DNA of 63,916 nt, counting the filler, from Craspedostauros australis (lineage: Eukaryota): the NCBI GenBank assembly GCA_030167865.1. It is 10 parts of 10 records of this genome, joined end to end, with 100 filler letters (N's around TTAATTAATTAA, not from the genome) between each part and the next. Parts side by side here need not be neighbours in the genome. Positions count along the whole stretch, not along the records: positions 21,856 to 25,312 come from JALAGF010003885.1; positions 25,413 to 31,042 come from JALAGF010003886.1; positions 31,143 to 34,267 come from JALAGF010003887.1; 7 more parts are not named here. The stretch is one strand, 5' to 3'. A program made the position numbers and the translations under genes. Under the pieces are notes generated by a model. It searched no databases and was not told the DNA's origin. It saw nothing but the letters and a program-made list of their open reading frames with translations. Positions 24,105 to 34,367 of this stretch are shown in pieces. The first letter of the stretch is position 1, and each line of letters opens with the position of its first letter.

Positions 24105-25312
24105 ATGGCGCTTCGCATCTGGTGTACGGTAAAAGCGCGGATGCTTTGCTATGCCTACCTGGAAATCAAGAAGGAACCAGGCGACTGCAAAACAGGAGAA
24201 TGGCCCTTGATCTTCGACAGCTTCAATCGGCGAGTCGACGAATACAACGAAAGACTGACAAGAGAGGATGCAAACGGAGGTCACACCAACACCAATGATG
24301 CTGAAGCAGTGACTGATCGAAGACTGCACCGTTCAAAACTGACCAGCCTCAAGGCCTTCTTTCGCGGCATAAGGCGAAGTATTCTCGAGCTCCGCAAGTG
24401 CCGTCCATCGACCCCTCACCGAACGAAAGACGCCGAGCTTCAATGGATCACAAATGTGTATCAATCATCCTCACTGAAACACAACCGTTCTCTTGTCAGT
24501 GTTGAGTCAATTGCAGCATGCTGGGGCATCCTGAAAGATGCTCCGCAGATTGTGGAGAAATTGCCACCTGCCATCCTCTCCTCCAAATCTGGTCCGAAGC
24601 CGACACCTGCGCCGTTGCGACTCGCCGGACGCAAATCGCTTCGACTATCTGCCAATGCTCGCAGTCCCCACAAAGACGAAGCTTCATCCCCAGATCGCGA
24701 AGCCAGCAGCAATGGTGATGAAACTGGAAAAGAAACCATCGGCACTGCCAGCTCCACCGCCATGAAACCGCACAACAACGGCGAGTGCGCGAAAGATGGC
24801 AGCGTCACGAACGGCGATATCATCGATCATCACAGCAGAGACACCAAAAAGCAACGCAAACAGAAGACTCCGCGTTATCGGCGCAAAACTATCTGCGTCC
24901 GACCGCAGAAACGCAAGCGCTGGGATCAGCCTGCCAGCAATGAAACTTTCACTGTCTGCAATCCAAGCAGCAGCGACCGCGACGGCAACCTCGATCGTGT
25001 GAATGGACACAATGAAGGCGCATCGTCCACTGATAGCGGTACTGATGGGACTGGCCGCGTTATTTCTCGTCGCCACTCCCATGATCCCAGCAACGACGCC
25101 TATAGCAGCAACAGCAGCAACAGCAACAACAACGGTATTCCTCATCCTCGCAATCCGACTTTTCCAATGAGCAAGTGTACGAACAAGATGAAGGTGCTTC
25201 GGCGCAAGCTACAGGTTGCGAAGCTCGAACGCGCGTACACCGATCTGCGTATTCAGGAACTCGATTTGAAGCTTCGGGCCGCCAAGGCAAAGCAAGAACT
25301 GGAAGAGGCACG
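24105..25312 (+). CDS. Myb/NAM-associated-like protein, paralog 2 (tandem duplicate), 3'-truncated
   Basis: Colinear with 21967-23214 (EIKKEPG...GEWPLI...FNRR...ELRKCRPSTPH...ACWGILKDAPQI...MKVLRRKLQVAKLE). Confidence 0.75.
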
Positions 25313-25412
25313 NNNNNNNNNNNNNNNNNNNNNNNNNNNNNNNNNNNNNNNNNNNNTTAATTAATTAANNNNNNNNNNNNNNNNNNNNNNNNNNNNNNNN
25401 NNNNNNNNNNNN

Positions 25413-26702
25413 GGATGCCACAAGCCATGTCTGCGATATCCGAAATCCCCGATTCATCGACTACGCCATGAGGGTGAGATCGTACGATGTGGAGGCTAAT
25501 TTCTACGGCCGTGGATTTGCGTCAGGCAAGCCTTGTCCCGCCAGAGCAGCATCACGTGCGGGATTGGCCATTCCAACACTGCTGGCGATCGTGCTCACGC
25601 CGACGGACTAGCAGCAATACCGAAGACATCCACGGCGACCGGCACCAACAATGGTAGCCAAGGAAGCAAGAGCCCATCGGATATAACCTTTGCAGGAGTA
25701 TGCTTCATCATGTGTGATCTGCAAACCACGCACCCAGTCCATCCAGATGTTCTATCCATCCCGCAAGCCAAATCCGCCCTAGCTTGGCTGGCCAAGTTCC
25801 ACGCCAGGTTCTGGGAAGCCCCAAAGCTGACGAACGAATGGCCCGGCCAACTGGTGTGGGAGGAGGGGACGTTCTGAGCCGTACAGTACCGTCTCAAGCA
25901 GCAGTACTTCCCGAACACATACGCCAATGATTTCGAGTCCGCATGGAATCGAACGTTGCGATGGATGGCGGCACAGCGCAAGCTTCCGGAAGCAGTTCAT
26001 CTGTGCTCGAGAGAATCAATCCGTCTGTTCGGACGTCGCTTGAAGCGCGTCATACCTGTCATCTTTGAGGAGCTGCACCCTGCCCAATCAGCATCATCGA
26101 TCTATACCAACCTCTCTCCAGTGGTATACAACGCAGCAGCAGCAGCCGCCGCAAAAGGCGAGCGCAAGGACAAGTGCGACAGTAACCACGGCTTCCGGAG
26201 ACCGCGCAGTTATGTAACATTGGTGCATGGCGACTTCAAGGCCGCCAACATGTTCTTCGTGCCAGGCGTGGATGGAGACGATGCGTGCAACGATTCCGAT
26301 TCCTGTGCAGTCTGCGATTTGCAATTCACAGGTCCCAGACTCGGCGTGTGCGATGTTGCCTACTTGCTATTCCCGGACCCGAGGGTCTCGTATCTCGATG
26401 TCGAGCACGAATTGCTCTGTTGGTACTACGACAAACTGCAGAGCCAATGGATCGCCATGGACAAGGGATGCGATTTAGGCGAGACCTATCCGCGAGCACT
26501 GATGGAATGGCATTATCGTTTGGCGCAGATGGAATTCCTGGGGTACATGTTCACGAAGGGATGGGTTGCATCGTCCGCAAACGATGTCGAACTATTGCAA
26601 AGGTTGGATGAGTTGTTGTGCAAGCTGGATGGAGGAGAGTTGCTGGGAAGCAGCAACGAATATGCCCAGGCGCTGGCGACTGCATTAGTATCCTTCCGAT
26701 GA
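25413..26702 (+). pseudogene. EcKL/APH-like (ecdysteroid/choline kinase-like) phosphotransferase with frame change near 25590-25695 and in-frame TGA at 25875-25877
   Basis: RSYDVEANFY, FIMCDL, ALAWLAKFHARFW, Brenner motif TLVHGDFKAAN and VCDLQFTG...DVAYLL. The ORFs 25533-25877 and 25956-26702 are in the same frame, separated by a single TGA. Confidence 0.7.
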
Positions 26703-28094
26703 TGTCCCGAGGAGTGGAGCAAGTTGGTATTGGATTGAGCAGGATCGCAGTGGAGCAAATTGGAGCGCAACGGAGAGACTGTGGCTGTGGTTGTAATCGT
26801 GTTCCATTATTTACCCCCGCTTGATGCAGAGGGTACTGCCTTCGCTTGTGCCGATGTTCGTGCACAGGGTGTGCCCGAGTTGGCAAAACAGCACGAGCAT
26901 GTGTGCTCTCCATGCAGTATGCGTACTATTGCAATACGAGGCCATGTGAATTGTGTCAAGTGTCTGGTTGGATCATGCTTTGCCGACAACAGCGTCCGAG
27001 GCTACGGTGGCAGATTCCACCTTCATGAGGATTGTTCAGAATGCGGGTTGGATCGCGCCGCACCATTTAGTACTCTATCATGCTTCGATCTCACACTTCA
27101 CTTTGATCGGCTGTATCGGAGAGTTCCAATGGAGCACCGGCGCAGTGTCTGCCTGGTTTCATTGTTGTCGTTGCGTCCTCAGCCTGCCAGTATCCAATGG
27201 TCTCCAGGGAGAGAGCCCTCAACAATAGATGGTACTATGACTACTTCATTGATCGATAGGTGTTGTTGCAATGAGAGAGGATCCTGCTTCGTGGACGGAA
27301 CCGCAGGTGTCTTCCACTTTGGGAATAAGAACGTTGCGGAACACGAGCAGAACGTCGGGAACATGAACGGAACGCAAGTTTTCGGCGTTCTGTCCTCCTT
27401 GGCCAACAGGAGAAGGCCCAAGCCGAACCCAGAATGCTCGTCGATCCTGGTGACACCATGGATTTATCCTTGCGAAGGAACAAGCGCGGGCAAAACGTGG
27501 AGGGTCGCCAAGGGACCATTCCCCGGTTAGCTCTTTCGTGGAGTTGTTCCACGAGGTGAAGGGCGGGCCACGAAGCCCAAGTGAACATCATCAATCGAAG
27601 ACCCGCACAGAGAGAGCAAGTCCCGTTCGCAACAGACATCACCAAAAAACGATTCATGACCTCAAATATCTGTTGTCACTGGAGCACGCTTGTGCAGGAT
27701 CTTGTCATGTCTGCTCAGACAGTGGGGCTGGAGTCATCTTCCGTTGTTCACAGAGCGCTGAGCAAAAATGGCGAGGCGAAATGAAATGAGCGCCACAATG
27801 TCCCGCGTCCTACTGTGGCTTCGCCGTTGTTGCCACCTCCACGAAGTCGAAAGTTTCCGAGGTTTTTGGATCGCCCGCACCCCACTGCTTACTTTGGCGA
27901 GGATGCTGTGGCTAAACACACCCAAACAACAGCAGGGCATGATACAGATAGCATGAGATGAGTTTTTTTCCCTTCGAGCGATTCCTTGCCATCACCCACA
28001 AAATCGAGAACAGACCAAGCCAACTTGACTCAAGGCCAAAGCGCACACACAACAAGCAACAACAAGCAACAACAAGCAACAACAACACGCAACC

Positions 28095-30386
28095 ATGCCA
28101 CCCATGAAGAAAGACATCCTCGCTCTCGTCATCGCACAGAGCATCATCTGCAATGGCGTCGATGCCGTGCTCGACACGAGCGGTCGTACCAAGGTCGCCA
28201 CCGATCTCAACATCGATGTCGACATCAACGCTCTTCAAGCGAAGTTCGCCAAGCTGGCAGCTGAGCACAAGGCCAAAATCTTGGCGTTCAACTCCGCACA
28301 CGGCGACAACACCAAGATCGCAGCACAAGACACTGAGGACAAGGTGAACATGCTCCTCTCTGACACCTCCTCCATGCCCAACATCGACCATCTTGTTCCC
28401 AACTTCAAGGAAGCCAGCACTAAGACAGAGGCCAATACCAAGACAAGCAACTTCCATCGTCGACGTGCCACCTCTTCCACCAACACCAAGAGCGAGGACA
28501 AGAACAAGCTTGAGCGCAAGCTTGAGCACAAGTTCACCGATCTTGGCCGTCTTCAAGGCGCCACTGGTGATGTCGAGAAGGGCGCGTTGCTTGCGTCCAT
28601 CGCAGAACTTCATCCTGAGAAGACGGTCGAAATCCTCAATGTTCACAACCGCCAGCTCAAGTCCCCCAAGTCTGAGAAATCGTCATCAAAGGGAGCCAAG
28701 TCTGAGAAGTCTTCCAAGTCCAACAAGGCATTCAAGTCCTGCTTCACTGGAACGGCCGAAGATGTCACCGCGAAGTGTGCAGACGAGGAGGCTAATTGCT
28801 GTCAAGCACCAGACAATGAGATAGCTCCCGCGTGTGTGTGGGGCAGCGACCGACACGTGACGGTGTGCCCCAACTCCTGCAATGACAATTACTCTTGCGC
28901 ATTCAGTCCCAACGAGACAACGGCCATCACGATTGCTCCCTATGCTTGCAACGGTGTGGAAGCCTGTGCTGACATAGAGATATCAATTCCTTCTTACGCT
29001 TGCAATGGCCTCAGCAGTTGCACACGCAACACCGGTAAAGTCAATGAGCATTCTTGCAACGGCTACGGTAGTTGCTTCGACAACTCAGGCGATATCTCCG
29101 CATTCTCATGCATCGGGGAGGCTTCGTGTTACCAGAATGGGGGGGACATTAGTGAAAATTCTTGCACCACAGACGGAGCATGTTTCCTCAACCGAGGCGA
29201 CGTCAAGGAAAACGCGTGCGTGGGATATATTGCTTGCGCCCAGAACGAAGGAGATATCGCAAACGGAAGTTGTGTCGGTGAAGCTCCGTGCGCCCGAAAC
29301 ACTGGTAGCGTCGCCGCGGGGTCCTGCGGAGGTGAAGATGCGTGCATCCAAAACACTGGTCCCATCAGCATGGGATCCTGCATTGGAAGGCGTGCATGCG
29401 ACAAGCAGACTGGTAGCGTCGCCGCGGGGTCCTGCCACGGTGAAAATGCGTGCATCCAAAACACTGGTCCCATCAGCATGGGATCCTGCATTGGAAGGCG
29501 TGCGTGCGGTGTGCAGACTGGTAGCGTCGCCGCGGGGTCCTGCCACGGTGAAAATGCGTGCATCCAAAACACTGGTGCCATCAGCACGGGATCTTGCATT
29601 GGACCCACTACGTGTGCCATCAACAGAGGCGTGATTGCTGCAAACTCCTGCCTCGGCAACTTAACTTGCGCCGGGAACGCTGGCGACATCGGCCAGGACT
29701 CCTGCGAAGGTGAAATTTCCTGCTTCCAAAACACTGGTACTATCAGCATGGGATCCTGTGTTGGACCTTCTGCGTGCGCCATTAACACAGGCATGATCGC
29801 TGCATACTCCTGCCGTGGCAACTCAACTTGTAGCCAGAACGCTGGCGACATCGGCCAGGACTCCTGCCAAGGCCCATTCGCCTGCATCGGCAACGAGGCC
29901 GACGTGGGCACCGGGTCGTGCTACGACTTCGCAGCATGCTACCGCAACGCCGGAATGGTAGGGGACGGAGCCTGCCGTGGCGACTCAACTTGCGACGGGA
30001 ACGCTGGCGCCATCGGCCAGGACTCCTGCCAAGGTCCAATCGCCTGCTATGGCAACCAGGCCGACGTGGGCATCGGGTCGTGCTACGACTTCGCAGCATG
30101 CGGCTTCAACACCGGAATGGTAGGGGACGGAGCCTGCCGTGGCAACTCAACTTGCGCCGGGAACGTTGGCGCCATCGGCCAGGACTCCTGCCAAGGCCCA
30201 TTCGCCTGCTATGGCAACCAGGCCGACGTTGGCATGGGGTCGTGCTACGAAAACAGAGCATGCGGCTTCAACACCGGAATGGTAGGGGACGGAGCCTGCC
30301 TCGGCAATTTCTCGTGTTTCAGCAACTCTTACGTCATCCCCGATGGAGAGTGCATCGGTGTTGGAGCGTGCGGTGTGGTGCCATGA
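28095..30386 (+). CDS. Secreted Cys-rich tandem-repeat protein (about 28 x 18-aa NxGxIxxxSCxGxxACxx) with RXL site and Lys/Ser (KXXK) cluster; candidate cell-wall/biosilica protein
   Basis: Signal peptide ending GVDA; RKL and RQL motifs; KSPKSEKSSSKGAKSEKSSKSNKAFK; regular C-x5-C repeats to the C-terminus. Confidence 0.85.
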   Translation: MPPMKKDILALVIAQSIICNGVDAVLDTSGRTKVATDLNIDVDINALQAKFAKLAAEHKAKILAFNSAHGDNTKIAAQDTEDKVNMLLSDTSSMPNIDHLVPNFKEASTKTEANTKTSNFHRRRATSSTNTKSEDKNKLERKLEHKFTDLGRLQGATGDVEKGALLASIAELHPEKTVEILNVHNRQLKSPKSEKSSSKGAKSEKSSKSNKAFKSCFTGTAEDVTAKCADEEANCCQAPDNEIAPACVWGSDRHVTVCPNSCNDNYSCAFSPNETTAITIAPYACNGVEACADIEISIPSYACNGLSSCTRNTGKVNEHSCNGYGSCFDNSGDISAFSCIGEASCYQNGGDISENSCTTDGACFLNRGDVKENACVGYIACAQNEGDIANGSCVGEAPCARNTGSVAAGSCGGEDACIQNTGPISMGSCIGRRACDKQTGSVAAGSCHGENACIQNTGPISMGSCIGRRACGVQTGSVAAGSCHGENACIQNTGAISTGSCIGPTTCAINRGVIAANSCLGNLTCAGNAGDIGQDSCEGEISCFQNTGTISMGSCVGPSACAINTGMIAAYSCRGNSTCSQNAGDIGQDSCQGPFACIGNEADVGTGSCYDFAACYRNAGMVGDGACRGDSTCDGNAGAIGQDSCQGPIACYGNQADVGIGSCYDFAACGFNTGMVGDGACRGNSTCAGNVGAIGQDSCQGPFACYGNQADVGMGSCYENRACGFNTGMVGDGACLGNFSCFSNSYVIPDGECIGVGACGVVP
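29297..30310 (+). repeat. Coding minisatellite: 54-bp units with 108-bp (about 29297-29600) and 162-bp (about 29815-30310) higher-order repeats
   Basis: Near-identical blocks ACTGGTAGCGTCGCCGCGGGGTCCTGC and GGCCAGGACTCCTGCCAAGG recur at these periods. Confidence 0.9.
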
Positions 30387-30766
30387 ACAATCTCCACATT
30401 CGATGTCGATGTTCATCGTCGTCCCTGTTTCTGAAGAGCAAGAAAAAGCAATTGCAGAGTAAATCAATCGAATATATGACCAATTGGCACTCGGAAGGTC
30501 GACTAACCACTACTGTCCGAAAGCGCAAGTATCAACACATGTGCAGTTGTGGAGTATGTGTCTACGTCCTTCCCCCCACAATAACACCACACTAAGCCTA
30601 GCAAAATGTAGCCTTGCAGAGTACAGGTCAGGCTTCAATTCCACTTTCCTCCTTCTTCTTCGTATCCTCTTTGCCTGTCAGTATTGCTCCGTCTGGAGAA
30701 ATCATCTGTGATGATCGGGAGACGATACGGGATGTGTTGTGTGTGTGATGATTGTGGGATAATGTG

Positions 30767-30868
30767 GTATCCGAGAATCACATGCGGGACTCAACTGGTA
30801 TCCAAGACACGAATCGATCGACTCGAAGGTATCCGAGAGTCAGACATGTGACACGATCGTATCCGAGA
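30767..30868 (+). repeat. Four GTATCC(G/A)AGA motifs at 31/31/30-bp spacing with unrelated spacers
   Basis: Motifs start at 30767, 30798, 30829 and 30859. Confidence 0.8.
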
Positions 30869-31142
30869 CTGAGAAGGATCCCAGAAGCATAGCTCTACCG
30901 CCCCGCACAGTATACTACTTCAAATCGGATCCTGGAAGAGAGGCATGATTGGTTCAAGCGGTCCCGCCTACCAATGACACGGATGCACGATACATTCAAA
31001 CCAAAAGAGGAGAAACTTCAGATAGCAACGCGAATGCCAAGCNNNNNNNNNNNNNNNNNNNNNNNNNNNNNNNNNNNNNNNNNNNNTTAATTAATTAANN
31101 NNNNNNNNNNNNNNNNNNNNNNNNNNNNNNNNNNNNNNNNNN

Positions 31143-33180
31143 CCAGGATCGACGAGCATTCTGGGTTCGGCTTGGGCCTTCTCCTGTTGGCCAAGGAGGA
31201 CAGAACGCCGAAAACTTGCGTTCCGTTCATGTTCCCGACGTTCTGCTCGTGTTCCGCAACGTTCTTATTCCCAAAGTGGAAGACACCTGCGGTTCCGTCC
31301 ACGAAGCAGGATCCTCTCTCATTGCAACAACACCTATCGATCAATGAAGTAGTCATAGTACCATCTATTGTTGAGGGCTCTCTCCCTGGAGACCATTGGA
31401 TACTGGCAGGCTGAGGACGCAACGACAACAATGAAACCAGGCAGACACTGCGCCGGTGCTCCATTGGAACTCTCCGATACAGCCGATCAAAGTGAAGTGT
31501 GAGATCGAAGCATGATAGAGTACTAAATGGTGCGGCGCGATCCAACCCGCATTCTGAACAATCCTCATGAAGGTGGAATCTGCCACCGTAGCCTCGGACG
31601 CTGTTGTCGGCAAAGCATGATCCAACCAGACACTTGACACAATTCACATGGCCTCGTATTGCAATAGTACGCATACTGCATGGAGAGCACACATGCTCGT
31701 GCTGTTTTGCCAACTCGGGCACACCCTGTGCACGAACATCGGCACAAGCGAAGGCAGTACCCTCTGCATCAAGCGGGGGTAAATAATGGAACACGATTAC
31801 AACCACAGCCACAGTCTCTCCGTTGCGCTCCAATTTGCTCCACTGCGATCCTGCTCAATCCAATACCAACTTGCTCCACTCCTCGGGACATCATCGGAAG
31901 GATACTAATGCAGTCGCCAGCGCCTGGGCATATTCGTTGCTGCTTCCCAGCAACTCTCCTCCATCCAGCTTGCACAACAACTCATCCAACCTTTGCAATA
32001 GTTCGACATCGTTTGCGGACGATGCAACCCATCCCTTCGTGAACATGTACCCCAGGAATTCCATCTGCGCCAAACGATAATGCCATTCCATCAGTGCTCG
32101 CGGATAGGTCTCGCCTAAATCGCATCCCTTGTCCATGGCGATCCATTGGCTCTGCAGTTTGTCGTAGTACCAACAGAGCAATTCGTGCTCGACATCGAGA
32201 TACGAGACCCTCGGGTCCGGGAATAGCAAGTAGGCAACATCGCACACGCCGAGTCTGGGACCTGTGAATTGCAAATCGCAGACTGCACAGGAATCGGAAT
32301 CGTTGCACGCATCGTCTCCATCCACGCCTGGCACGAAGAACATGTTGGCGGCCTTGAAGTCGCCATGCACCAATGTTACATAACTGCGCGGTCTCCGGAA
32401 GCCGTGGTTACTGTCGCACTTGTCCTTGCGCTCGCCTTTTGCGGCGGCTGCTGCTGCTGCGTTGTATACCACTGGAGAGAGGTTGGTATAGATCGATGAT
32501 GCTGATTGGGCAGGGTGCAGCTCCTCAAAGATGACAGGTATGACGCGCTTCAAGCGACGTCCGAACAGACGGATTGATTCTCTCGAGCACAGATGAACTG
32601 CTTCCGGAAGCTTGCGCTGTGCCGCCATCCATCGCAACGTTCGATTCCATGCGGACTCGAAATCATTGGCGTATGTGTTCGGGAAGTACTGCTGCTTGAG
32701 ACGGTACTGTACGGCTCAGAACGTCCCCTCCTCCCACACCAGTTGGCCGGGCCATTCGTTCGTCAGCTTTGGGGCTTCCCAGAACCTGGCGTGGAACTTG
32801 GCCAGCCAAGCTAGGGCGGATTTGGCTTGCGGGATGGATAGAACATCTGGATGGACTGGGTGCGTGGTTTGCAGATCACACATGATGAAGCATACTCCTG
32901 CAAAGGTTATATCCGATGGGCTCTTGCTTCCTTGGCTACCATTGTTGGTGCCGGTCGCCGTGGATGTCTTCGGTATTGCTGCTAGTCCGTCGGCGTGAGC
33001 ACGATCGCCAGCAGTGTTGGAATGGCCAATCCCGCACGTGATGCTGCTCTGGCGGGACAAGGCTTGCCTGACGCAAATCCACGGCCGTAGAAATTAGCCT
33101 CCACATCGTACGATCTCACCCTCATGGCGTAGTCGATGAATCGGGGATTTCGGATATCGCAGACATGGCTTGTGGCATCC
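31143..33180 (-). repeat. 2038-bp inverted duplicate of 25413-27450 (unmerged contig overlap)
   Basis: All ORFs are mirrored with constant coordinate sum 58593 and identical translations. Both copies start at a contig edge. Confidence 0.95.
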
Positions 33181-33405
33181 GAAGCATTGATCCCCTTGCC
33201 GATGTTCTGCAAGATCAATTTCGCAATGATACGATGTTCACCCGTTTGTGGGATTGTATGGTGTCTGAGGGTCAGAAACAAATGGAATCCTAGCCTAACG
33301 CCCCAGGCAACATCATTCTTCACAGCGAGTTGGAATTCGTGTGCCTTTGCAGACGAACCGGAGGATGCCTTGTGGACTGCCGGCTTCAGATGAAGTCCGA
33401 TTGAT
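31891..33405 (-). pseudogene. Same EcKL/APH-like kinase locus, including its N-lobe (IIAKLI...RSYDVEANFY)
   Basis: Mirror of 25413-26702 plus a 5' extension. No ATG before an in-frame stop near 33410. Same TGA (32716-32718) and frame change. Confidence 0.68.
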
Positions 33406-34367
33406 GCAGTTCACTGGGCTTGAATATTGTTTACTGTAGGAGCTTGTAACAATGAATAGAGTAGAAGTGTTTGTACTAATCTGAACGGTTTTTATTATGA
33501 GTTAGAGTTGTAGTGGGCAGGACGAAGAAGCGATATTCATTGTGTTGGCACGGCTCTGCACTGATCTTCATGGTTCAGTGCTGAGAAGAGACTGTACTTT
33601 CCTCTTTATCCCTTCTCCTCTTGATTGCGGGCGAAGTCATGCAGGAGGTCTTGCAGCTTCAGCAGGTGTTGAAGCGATGGAAGCTATGCAGCCGGAGTCA
33701 GTAGCCTGGACTTGTGTCAGGATTCCATTGCTGATGTTGAAGCAGTTTGGATTGTTCATGATGAAGCTGGCGTAGCCAGCAGACATCGTGGCAGTAAAAG
33801 GGAATCCGAGTGAAGCCCGTTTAGTAAGATCTAATAGAGCCCAAACGTAATGGCTGTTGTCTTGTTGGCTGTTCTTTAGCTGTAGGGCAGAGGCTTGATT
33901 GACAAGCGGGTCCGAACGAGAGTCTTCTGTTCCACAAGTAGTCAATTGAGAATACTGGTAGATGGTGAAGAAACGTGCGGATTATGAGATTAGTGCTAAA
34001 GTTCTTCCCTGCAGGGAGGATCTCCTGTGGTGTCCTGAGTGACTGTGTGTATGGGTCGTGTAGCACAAGTACCATGGGTCAAGATCCCTTGGCTGAGTTC
34101 CGTGAGAGACAAGGGGCGATGATGTGCGTTGCTGGGGCACTGTTTCCATGTGCCGGCGTTTTGGCGATGATGGGTGTCAGTGGCTTGGTTATCGGAACCC
34201 TTCTGGTTCCTTGACAGGGTTCCAAAGATCTGCTTCAATGTTCTGGATCTGTCCCCAAACGTGGGGGNNNNNNNNNNNNNNNNNNNNNNNNNNNNNNNNN
34301 NNNNNNNNNNNTTAATTAATTAANNNNNNNNNNNNNNNNNNNNNNNNNNNNNNNNNNNNNNNNNNNN

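Noticed and set aside
25875..25877. Selenocysteine or alternative genetic code
   Set aside because: Other genes here end in TGA and use TGG for Trp; context suggests Trp rather than Cys; no SECIS identified; the gene has other lesions.
26760..27530. 256-aa ORF and its mirror 31087-31833
   Set aside because: Non-ATG start, no recognisable domain; duplication explained by the contig overlap.
28860..30386. Insect-type antifreeze protein
   Set aside because: Shares C-x5-C spacing, but the period is 18 rather than 12 and there is no regular Thr-x-Thr ice-binding face.
30767..30868. CRISPR array
   Set aside because: Repeat only 10 bp, four units, no cas genes, eukaryotic context.
33637..34238. 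Tyrosine recombinase (DIRS/Ngaro) remnant
   Set aside because: Only vague resemblance (QKG...CP, FNI); HSxR and GRW motifs not found.
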